Positions 12,490 through 23,900 of a stretch of 64,000 nt of DNA are shown here, piece by piece (within the stretch, counting starts at the first letter, position 1; every line of letters starts with the position of its first letter). This stretch comes from Podarcis melisellensis (Eukaryota). The stretch lies in NCBI GenBank assembly GCA_964234715.1, contig OZ174275.1; one strand, written 5' to 3'. The notes beneath the pieces are model-generated. The model did not search any database, was not told the origin of the DNA, and was given only the letters and a program-made list of their open reading frames with translations. The translations under genes and the position numbers were made by a program.

Positions 12490-13547
12490 AAGAGGCCCCT
12501 GTTCCCGCTGCCATTAGACACTCGCTGGCTGCTTAAGGACTTTCCTTTTTTTTCTTTAGTAGAGGCTCTCGGACTGCAGCTTCCCCTGTTCCTTGCCCCT
12601 ATGTGGCCCCTTTTGAGTTAACCCAACCCCTTGGCTTGGCAGCTTACCTTCTGGAAGACACCGGCCATAGCTTGGAGCAGGATGTAGTTTTGTCTTGTCC
12701 TGCCTCATGGCTGCAAGTTCTAGTGTCAGGAATGCCCAGGCCATTCGATGAACTCATGAGTCTATGGTTGCCTGGACTCTGTGGTGACAATGACCCCTCC
12801 ATCCTTTCACTAGTGCCGTACCAGTCACTGTCTCATCAAAATATGTTTATTTATGACAACAAAGCCAAATGTCCCCTGAAGGATCTTGGTGGGGGAAGGG
12901 AATCATGCAGATCCATGCGAGTGCATGTCCCTAGTTTCCTGAAGGGATGGTGCAGGATTCAGGGTGAAGCAGGGAGATGGATTTCCTTTTTGTACTTTGG
13001 CAAGTGATTAATTGGTATTTATTTCCTACTATGGAAACTCAATCCGATCAGATTCCTCCTCTTGCTGCGGACATTGGTGACGTGAAGCTACAGATTCATA
13101 CCATGATCAGTTCTTCCCTCTTAATGAATTTCTCAGAATTAGAGCCAGCTTTTATAATGTAAATACACACCACAAGCTTTGTTACTTGGTACTAATAACT
13201 GCATCAAAGCGTGGACCTCCTGCCCTCTGGCAAATGGGCCAGTTACCCCATAACGACTTAAATGGGCACAGGCTGTGAGTGAGCAAAGGCCACTGTGTGT
13301 ATGTGTGCATGTGCACGCACATGTGCATGAGTGTGCATATGCGTGCGTGTGTGTGTGTGTCGGTGTGTGTGACCTTATATTTTTGTCTTCTTCCCACTCT
13401 TGTTTGTGACGTTTTCTGAATTTAGTGTATACAAGTGTAGCTTGGTCTCTGTCCAGGTGTGAGTCTATTCCATGAACTGAAGTATGTTGTACATACTGCC
13501 CAAGAATTGTCTTGCAAGTTAAGGCTTCCCTTTACTATAAGACTATA

Positions 13548-13553
13548 AATAAA
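13548..13553 (+). terminator. Probable MAX polyadenylation signal (AATAAA), giving a 3' UTR of about 1.08 kb
   Basis: AATAAA after the stop, followed by a U/GU-rich downstream element (tttatccttttgagtggtactggtgtctttgtgg). Confidence 0.75.
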
Positions 13554-16500
13554 AAAGTATTTTATCCTTTTGAGTGGTACTGGTGTCTTTGTGGAAACCG
13601 ATAGGGGTGGGTATGCCTCTTGGCAGTTTTGCTTGCAGTTTTCTGACGTTAGAGACAGAAGAATTTCTATTCCCACATGAGAAAAGGCTTAACCTGTTGA
13701 AATAGAATTATGAGCAAGGCTTCACAGGCAAACTCAACATTTATTTAAGATCTCCAAATCTTGCACTTCTCCGATATGCTGATACAGGGGAGTTACTGTA
13801 AAGTGCTTCTGTACTTTTAGTAAGTTGATCAAATAAAGGAAGAGCTTTGCAGGTATATCTCTTCTAGTAGGATAAGAAAGATCGCCTCTGCTACATGTTT
13901 TCAATTGCACATACTACCCTAAAACCAATGGGGTGGGGAGAGAATGGTTGTTTCCCTTTGTTTTGAGGGCAGCATGTATCTCCGTCTATGCAGTTGCAGC
14001 TTGTCACATAATGGTGAGAAATATCTTTCTACAATTAAGAAAGATGGAGGTATTATTTGTGAGTGGTGCTATCTCAGAATGGTTCTTTGGGCCAAACAAG
14101 TAGACACCTTTGTAGAAAGATGCTGATAGAAAAACAAACAGGTGGCTAAAGTGGTCCTGTGTCACACACACACATATGTAACAGGAAATGGCAAGAGTTG
14201 CTTCTTAGTTTCAGTGTGAAATATTGCAACATTTCTGGTCCTGGGTGCTTCCTCCTCTTGGGCGGCAGCACTCTCAGCAACAGCCCCACATGCACAGGGA
14301 GTGCAGGAGGCATCACTAGGATTTTGCTCAGTTTTTGGACATACACAAGCTTTGTACGAGGCACAGCATCTGGCTTGTTGGTGCAGTTCTAAAAGCCACA
14401 AAATGGGTGCTAGCAGTTTCTCACCTCTTGAAATTCAGAAGGTGACAGGCTTTTGGCTGCAGGGCAGCAGTGTCGCCACCTCTGCACACACTACTGATGG
14501 CGTATGCAAGAGGGGTGGGGTGGGGCATCTGGAACAATAGTTAAGCAGGAAGAGGGATCCAGGAAGCACTTCCTCTCGCAGCTCAACTCATTGGTAGCTG
14601 GAAACTGGCCTTGATCTGTAACAATCAGATCAGCAGAACACCAGCTTTAACGCCCTGTGACCTCAGCCATACAAGGAAGGTTAATGTTTTTTTTTACAGG
14701 CAGAATTCTCTGGCTCGCTCTTGACTTGGTTTTAAGCTCCCCCCCCCCCTTTAAACCATGTAGAACTCAAGGCTCTCAAAAAGTCCCTTAGGTTCTAACC
14801 TAGAATGCAGGCTAGTCTCTGACCAAAAGCTACACTAGAGAGTAGGCTGTACTTTTTCAAAGTGCAGATGGGGACAATCCCATTTTAAAAGTTCCTGTGA
14901 CAACAGCATCTTGCATGTAAGTTTAGCCATCTTGACATGCAATGAAAATATGTTACAATTTTCTTCATTAAGGAATGGTAAGAAGACAAGCCAAACAGAA
15001 AGATCAGTGCTGCTTTATGGCTGTGGTTATAGTCCACCCCACTATTGCTGATTGTGCAAAGCTACCTATACAGCAGCCAGTTGCCCTTTGTCACATTTGC
15101 AACAGGGATGGGGAACTTGTGACTTGCTCCTGTTGTTGGGCTCCCATCAGCCCCAGCCAATGTTAAGGATAATGGGAGTTGTAGTTCAACATTTGGGAGG
15201 ATACATACAGGTTTCCCATTCCTGTTCTACAGCTTTCTACCAATTAAACCTATTATTACCCTAATTTGCAGTGGATGGCAACACTGCTCTAGTAATTGCT
15301 ATCTAGTCAGCAGTTCTTCCATAAGAGCATACCTTTGCTATATATGCATAAACATCTCCCTGGAAATCACATTTTCCACAAGAGGAATGAAGTTGCTTTT
15401 AGCAACCCTGCCTCCTAAGCACCCTTTTCACTACTACCTAAGAAGTTACATTGTTCAGTGCCTTCCCCCCACCCACATGGAAGCAGCTTGCAGCGTGTCT
15501 TCTCTTCAGATTGGTCAAGATTTTGAAGTCTTAATGAAGAAGCCATGATCCCTTCAAGAGAAGAGGTAGGCAGGGCTGAGTTTTGCACCAAAGAAACTCA
15601 AATTCAGAGTCCAGAAAGCTGGATTGTGAACACTCTTGTAGTGTATTGCCCAAATCAATGTGCGTCTAACACCTCCAGCTGTAATTTATGCCACTTTCAG
15701 GCATCAGAGGTAGGAACACGTGCTGCTAAAGCTTTAAATTCGCTTGATGTCCTGAAATTCTCTTAGTATCCCTCTGCCTTAAGAAATATCACCAAGCATT
15801 GCCCAGCCATTTTACACCTATCCTTGCAGCCTTCACGTGTGCACCCAATACCAAATTCTAAAGCTTTTCTGTGTTTGCATGGAATCAAAGCACATAACAC
15901 ACAATCCTACTAGCAATTTTGCAAGCTCTGGCAATTTTCATTCCGCAGTTTAAACACACTTTAATTCTCCTCCCAAAGTACCAGTTTGGCCCACAAAGCT
16001 GCTTTTATACATGTGCTTAGGATGGTTGCAAAGTTGTGTTTATTTTACCAGGGCCTGGCTTGGCTTGGCAGCTCAAGGTACAGGTGTGCCAAAGAAAAAG
16101 AAATGTCAGTGGAATGTACCAGCCTCCCAAAGGCTGAAAATGGAAGCCGGGAAAAGGAAAAAGGAGCTGGGACAGGAAGTGAGCAGAAAGAGGAGCCAGG
16201 AACAAACAAAGGAAAAATACCTTCCAATATGTTGTTCCCGCCTTCCTCCAGTGGCGATACCACTTAACAGTTATCTATATTCATCGCAAGATTAAGAGAC
16301 AAATAGCAGCTGCTTGAAAAGTAAATTATAATTTCCAGCCGTTATATCTCCAAGCAATATCACCCTGCCCCATGCTATCTAACATGTTGTGGGGAGGTTG
16401 GAAGCATGTTTGGTCACATATAGGCTGTCTCGGTGAGAGCTGCCGCCCTGGGTATTCAGGGTTCCAGCTGAGAGGAACAGCCTGTGACCATTCAACAAGC

Positions 16501-17036
16501 TTCCTTCCCTACTTCAGACTTTCGCTCCATTGCAAGGGGACAACCACAGGGCAAGCACACAGCCCCCCTCTCACCACACACGGTTACTTGCATGGAGCTA
16601 AAATCTCAAGCCCTGTTGTTGGGGCTACTATGGTACTCATTAAGGATGACAGCAGTTCTACAGGTTATGTATTAGTCTGCTCTGCTTACGAAAGGCTAGG
16701 ATTGTTTACCTCTTTGACACCGTAATTCCTCCAAGAGTTCAGTTTACCTATAGTTTCCAGGAAGGGTTCAATATCAGGGCTGCTTAGCTTCAACAGAAGT
16801 GTTGTGCGGCTTTAAGACACTGGTTAGAAGTATGCGCTAATAAGCATGCCTTGAGAAAGCATTGTAAACTGTACAGTTCCCAAAGGAAAATGTTGTGATT
16901 TCCTTCCCAAACATGCAGACGAGCACCAAAAGGCCCTCCTAGCAGACATACAAATTAAAACCTTAAATACAATTGCATCAAAAAGTTTTATGAATGGTCA
17001 CAACTGGACAGATAATAAGAAAGGAATTAGTTTATG

Positions 17037-17042
17037 TTTAAT
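17037..17042 (-). terminator. Candidate proximal FNTB poly(A) signal (ATTAAA); distal AATAAA candidates at 16039-16044 and 13740-13745
   Basis: Hexamer matches on the minus strand downstream of the stop; which one is used cannot be determined from sequence. Confidence 0.4.
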
Positions 17043-17856
17043 AAAATGCACAAACATTATTACATTGTCAGTCCTGCCACTAGGCAGGCTAGTACCAATA
17101 TGCAAGGGAGGGGAAGAATTTTGCACAGAATCTTGCCAGTGGCCTCTTTTTTGCTCGATGCAGAGTGAGACCCTCAACACCACTTTATATAATGGAAAAG
17201 AGCTTAACACAAGGGGGGTATCCAAGACAGCACCCCTGGGATGTGCTCCAGCAGCCGACACACAACTAATACAGTGTTGATGTGCACACTATTGACTCGG
17301 AATATGCTTACATTTTAAAGCCAGAGTCCCATGTCTTGGTTAGCAGTACTTGGAATAGCTTCGGGGAGTATAAATGGACAGAATATATTGCCTGTAAGGG
17401 TATGGGATCAGGGCACCAACTCTGGCTAGGCCAGTAATCAGCCTATTAGGAAGCTGGCCCCACCACCCCAAGATACTTAGCATAGTGCAAATGAAACAAC
17501 AGGACTGGTTTGCCAGATGCTTAAGATACTAACATGCTGCATTGTTTCAAAACCAAAACTGCTCCTGCTTGCAAGGTGAGAGTGTGTCCCACGCAAATGA
17601 GCAGCCAGCATGTCTAACCGTATGCCACCACACAGCCAATCTGCTACTAAGTCCCGAAAACTGATCAGGTTTTGGTATGGCTAGCAGAACTCTCTCAAAA
17701 GATGCACACACAAAAGTTGAGCCCAGTTTGAAAATAATCAAAAAGTTAGCTCCACGGCCAGGGCCCCCCCACAATGGCCAAGACGACTTGCAGTGCCATG
17801 CGTTGAACGGCAGGAGAAGGCACTGCACGGTGTCTACCCGGGCAGCAGCCCCCCCC

Positions 17857-17967
17857 TCAATTAGCAACAGGCTCCTCCTTGGTACTTGGAACAGGCTTCT
17901 TCAGGAAGTGCATCACGGCTTGCACCACTTTGTCGGGGGAGATGTTGTACACAGGGTGCGTAGGCTG
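17857..17967 (-). CDS. FNTB: FNTB exon 12 (coding part, stop TGA)
   Basis: QPTHPVYNISPDKVVQAVMHFLKKPVPSTKEEPVAN*; CAG-CAG tandem acceptor. Confidence 0.96.
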   Translation of the reverse strand, partial: QPTHPVYNISPDKVVQAVMHFLKKPVPSTKEEPVAN

Positions 17968-20900
17968 CTGTTGGAGGGAAGGAAACAAACAGGAATTAAT
18001 GGTGAAACTGTGTCTACTCTCACCAGTTCCATAGCAAGAGAAACCAAGCCTGTCAACTTGGGTAAGTTAATGAAAGCAAGTTATTTAAGGACATATTTGA
18101 TGGCAATATGTATAGAGCTACAGGAGTCCGAAGCCCAGCATCCTGACCACTTAAAGAAGTTTTCATCAGCTCCGCTGTAGCTTTTGAGAGTTTACTAGAC
18201 GTTATCCACATATTTTCAACTTTGAAGGGGTCATTATCCTTGAGCAGTTGCCAAGGCCTCAGCACCAACCCCGGGCTCCTTCCCATTGTGCCACCACTTG
18301 CTTGCCAGCCCAGCTGCCTCTCAAGTGGGGAAGCAGCAACAGCAGCAAGGAACCACAAAAACCCTGGCTCCCTGCCCTCCCCTCTAGCTGGAGGTAAGGC
18401 TTGTTCCTTATCACTGCCTGCCTTCCAGCTGTTGCAGTGACACAACAAAGGAAAGGGGTGGTTCCACAGAAAGGGCATCTTGCCAAGCCCCGCCTCCCAA
18501 ACCTGCAGCTGGCCTTGTTCAAGCCTCTCTGAGGAGACATTCACTGCAGCAGCAGCAGCAGCAGCATAGCAGCACTGGGGCAATCTCACAAGAAAATGCT
18601 TCTCTTCGAAATGTTCCCAGTGCAAGAGGGACATTTCCCCATGAGAGGAATAAGGAATGCACAATGAGAAGCAAAGTTCACAGTTGAAGGCTGTAATCAT
18701 ACTTGACGCATACCACACAGCAGGAGAATCTGGCTTGGGATGGAGTGTCATAGAAGAGAACGGGAAGTTGAAAGCTCACAGACCAAAGGAAATCATATCT
18801 GGAGCTCACACTGCCTATGCAGAAAGACAAGAGCCTCAGCAAGCACCCCTCTTTCATTATACTTCCTATTCTGCCTTATCCACATTGCTCTTTATCCCAA
18901 ACCTCACTCCTTCCTCCTAACCTGTCAAGCCCTGTTATCTCAAATGCTGTGAAATTAAGCATCCATAGCCACCATGCGACTTGCAACAACAACAAACTAT
19001 TTGGCGTGGCAAGTGCGCTACTAACATCCAACACACACACACACTCACTCTAAACACCATTTCTGGTCCTGCCTGATTATTTATTATTATTATTTATTGA
19101 ATTTATATACTGCCTTATATCTGGAGGTCTCAGGGTGGTTCACAGTCTAACCACTGTGTGGTATCCTTTTCTGCCTTTGGCTATGTCACAGAGGGGGAAG
19201 GTTCACGCCAAATTTCTGGCACACTTTCCTGATGAGAAGAGTTAAAATATAAAGGAAACCCAAAACTACCACACACCAAATTTGAGATGTTTCTACCCTA
19301 ATCTTTAAGAGGCAGGCCTATGGAGATGCAGAGGCAACAGGATACTGAGGCCTGTTGGCTGTGGAATGTCACCACCTGCCTTCCTCAGTAGCAAGGGCAG
19401 CCCTGTCTGAAGACCTTTTTAACATGGCTGTGAAAAGGGAAGGGAGGGGATTCAGAGTCCCTGCCCTATCTCACTAGCCAGAGTGTCTGAAAGCAGCCTT
19501 CATGCCAAGGCATGGCGCCAATGAAAGCTGCCATTACCAGTGCACAGTGAGATGGCAAAAAAGTGAATGAAATCAATTCACCGCTGTAACACACATACTG
19601 AATTTTCACTAGTGTCTCCAGGATTATGAGTTGCAGACAGGATTTACTTGCAGCTGAATGGCATCCTCAAAAGCACTAGCTTACTTTCCACCTATTCAAA
19701 AGTATGTGATTGGAAATTCTGTTATGAACTAACTTGTTCTGCACCACTTGGACTAAGATGCAGATCAGAACATAGTTATCCTTTGGATTCTGCAGTTCTC
19801 CCAGTTTTGTTATGCACGTCTCTGCTTAAATAGCAATATAAAAGCATTTGTGTTTTAGGAGAAAATTGTTCAAATTTTGAGAGAAAATATGGTCAGAAAT
19901 AACAAGTTTTGTGGCAATTTCCATATTTAAATACGTAAATAAATGCAATTTTCATTAGATTTCCTTTAAAAAATTTGATGAAATATGGGAAATGTGATAG
20001 AACAGATTTAGGGATGGATCAGAGTGGCATCTTCCTGATCTGTGTCACTTTCACTTGGTTTCATTCCTAAGACACACACAAAACACACACACAAACACAG
20101 CCACATCCTGGCATAGCTTACCAGGCGGTTCTCTGGCACTCCTAGCACTACTTCATGGAGAAGGTCCCCGCTGCCAAAATGCTGTGCTATCGACAGCCCA
20201 CTGAGGCAATAGCAGGTATGGTAAAAATCCCGGAACCTGGTGGTAGAAACATACACAAGGTTGAGGTAAGTGAGAAACTGGAAGCCCAACTGTTCCACTC
20301 AGCCACCCTCAGGGGCAAAATCTCCATTTGTTTCAGTGCAGGGTACGCAAAGCCCCAAGTTGGGTGCCAGATTAGTTTCCCGTAATCATCTTCTTTGTGA
20401 CATTCTTTCACCTTATAGTACAGCGGTACCTTGGTTCCCAAACGGCTTGGCTCCCGAACAAATTGGCTTCCAAACGCCGCAAACCTGGAAGTACTGTATT
20501 TTCCGCTCTGTAGGATGCACCGGACCATAGGACGCACCTTGTTTTAGAGGGGGAGAACAAGAAAAAAAAATTCTCCCCCTCTCTGCCCAGCACCCCTTTA
20601 GCGAAGCAGCAGGAGGCACTGCCCCCAGCTGGGAGAGGTGGCGCATGGCTATGGCAGCAGCCTCTTTAGCCGCGTGCCACCTCCCCGGCAGGGAGAGGCT
20701 GCGCGCGACTATGGCAATACCCCCACCTCCCGCAAAAGGGTGTGCGGCTCCTGTGGGCTTTTCTACGAGGAGGGAGAAGAGACTGACTGGCTGCGTCAGT
20801 CCCTTCTCCCTCCTGAGGAAAAGCCTGCAAGAGCCGCGCGGAGCTTGTGTGCAGCTTTTGGGGGCTTTTCCTACCTACCTCCCCCCTGCATTCGCTCCAT

Positions 20901-23900
20901 AGGATGCACACACATTTCCCCTTCATTTTTGGAGGGGGAAAAGTGCATCCTATAGAGTGAAAAATACAGTAAGTGTTCTGGCTTGCAAACTTTTTTTGGA
21001 AGCCTAATGTCCGTTTCAGCTGTTTTCATTGTTTCTGGGGCCAATCAGCCAATCAGAAGCGTCTTGGTTTGCGAATGTTTTGGAAGTTGAACGGACTTCC
21101 AGAACGGATTGAGTTTAGGAACCAAGGTACCACTGTACTTCTGTTGTTTAAAAAACCGCTTGTAAATTTAATCCCAGTCATGGGTATTCCTGCTGTATGC
21201 TGAGTCACAAGTAAAGATTTTCTCAGTTAGGGTGACCAACACTCACTTGCCCGGCTTGTCCAAGAGGCCCCCAGCAGGGCACTGGCAGCATAGTAGGATG
21301 TACTCTTGAAGCGCTTCCTGGTCAAACATCCAGTGTGTCATACTGAGGGCAGAGTCACCTAAAAGGAACAAAAACCCCAGTAAGAGGCTAACACTTCCAC
21401 TGGAGAAAGAGCAGGCCAACAGGAAGACACCAAATGCACTCCCTCCCTTCTTCCGCTTCGCAAGGGCGGAGCGATGGCCACCCACTTTTGGGCCTTGTCC
21501 ACACAGAAGCCTTCCATTTTCGCTATCGGGCAGTCGTTTCCTTGTTCCTTAATCTAATGAGAGAAAGCAAGGACAGCAAGCAGATAACAAGCAGCAGCTT
21601 GTGGAGGGGATGCAACAAGGAAAGGTGGAAGGGAAGCATGCAAGGAGCATGTGCTGGCAGAGTTCAGCTGAGGCAGTTAACCTAATAATAGAAATTCACT
21701 GCATCCTGCGAATAGAACTCTCCTCTCTGCGTGTTGAAACTGTCTCCTACATCGTGCAAAATGGTTCATCTGGCTAGTATTCCAGCTCTGAGGTCCAACA
21801 GAAGAAGGTTGCAGAGTGTGCTTTCATTTTGCTTTTAAAAGCAACATAACCCCTGCTCCCTGCTATTGTCACTTTTAAACTCTTGCCAGTTCCTACAGTG
21901 ATAGCGCAACAGGGATATTTAGGTACATGCTGGGCTGGTATGCCAAAGGAACCGGTAACCCTGCACAGATATGCTTATAAACAAACCATCATGCCCCACA
22001 TCGCTTCAGACTGGTCCTCTGACACTGGCCACATCCAGAGATTTCGGGAAGTTTTAAAATCACAGAGCATCAAGCTAGCACCGTACGTTCAATAAGTGAG
22101 GAAAGTGTTGGAGATTTCCTTGTACATATGGATGCCATGAATATACTGCTTAGTAACTAACCACAACCCAATTTTTCCATAGATGAGTAGGTCCTTTTAA
22201 AATTAAATTACCGTATTTTTCGCTCTATAAGATGCACCAGACCACAAGACGCACCTAGTTTTTGGAGGAGGAAAAGAAGAAGAAAAATATTCTGAATCTC
22301 AGAAGCCAGAACAGCAAGAGGGATTGCTGCGCAGTGAAAGCAGCAATCCCTCTTGCTGTTCTGACTTCTGGGATAGTTGTGCAGTCTGCATTCGCTCCAT
22401 AAGACGCACACACATTTCCCCTTACTTTTTAGGAGGGAAAAAGTGAGTCTTATAGAGCAAAAAATACGGTATACCCTGATACATCTGTAAGCAGAGAGTT
22501 CTGTGGAGCAATTGTGCATTATAATATATATATATTTAAATGTCACCTATTACATTGCCCTCTTGCATCTAGTGGAGAGAGAGACAAGAAAGGAGGGCAT
22601 CCACCCCTTTTGCTCATAAATCCCCCTCCCAGGAACCCCCCTCCCAAAAAAAACCCCACCCCAGTTTAGGGTGACGGTTGTGCATTAAAGTGCAGCTATT
22701 GCTTGGGTCCCTTTTTCCTCTCAGAGTGCAACTGTCACATCAGCTGCCCATCAGCTTCGCAAAATCTCTGCAAGGGCAGTAGTTAAGTGAAGGGGAGTTG
22801 GAAAGTTTGGCTGTGAAGGTGCGGGGAGGTAAACATGGAAAAAGCAGATGAATGAGGGACATTGGGGGGGGGGAGTGGAGGGCAAGTACTGAGGAAGAAT
22901 GGCACTGGCACTCTTTGATACAATGACATTTTTCATGGGTCCCCCAACAGCTTTGTTATTTTCAATCCTATGACATGTTGATGCCGGTTCTACTGTAACA
23001 TTGAAAGGGAGGTTGTTGTTGTTGTTTTTTAGTTTCCACAAGGACAGAGAATACAAATGCTACAGTGAAGCACATATTGTGTCTTTTGCTCACGCTAGGC
23101 TCCTCAAACGAAACACTCCACATCTAACAGTTTGGGGGTGAGAGGAAGCAAGTGAGAGGGGCAGCATACCTGGGGAATGGTGGACAAGCCTGCAGTGCTC
23201 AGACTCACCTTTGGCATGCAGGGCTCGATGTAAGAGAGGCAGCAAGCCAGCCTGCCAGAAGGAGTAGCAGCCATCTACCAGCTTGTTACAACGGCCCTGA
23301 AACCCTCCTTCAAAACGCATCTGGCGGCTTGTAACCCAGTGCTAGCAGGGAGAGAAAGCAAACATCACTATTGCTCAGTGCAGCCACAGGACCTGCTACA
23401 CCCAGCGGATATATCAATGGAGGGAGCCACAGACAACTGCAGTCCCCTAGCACAGTCTGGGGAGTCGGAGGGCACCCCCCCCTGTCCCCTTCATGCTTCA
23501 TGTGGTTCCTGCAGCAAAACCTAACATACCCAGGTTGCTACGGAAAATATGAAGAGGTTTTTGATAATTAAACTAAACGAGGAAACAAGCAACCAAGCAA
23601 GCCAATAAAACTGGAAATGAGAAATTACGGCACGTTGGTGAACATCAAGAGATCATGTTTCTATCGTATGAATGGCCCTGAGATCCTGCCATTTCAGGTT
23701 TGAATCAAATTATTTCTTTATTTCCCGGTGCTGCACATATGCATGGTTACATGCCAGCTAATCACGCATCAGTGGGGGATGCCCGTATTTAAAGACAGTT
23801 ACAGACAAAATGGGGTTTCACGATATTATGAAATAATGTTAGAAATGGTACATGTTTCCTTTTAATCAATTAATGCAGAGCTCAAGGGAATAATTATGAA

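Noticed and set aside
18053-18751. 232-aa ORF in FNTB intron 11 with a poly-Ala run
   Set aside because: Poly-Ala comes from a short CAG/CTG repeat; no homology recognised; the FNTB CDS is complete without it.
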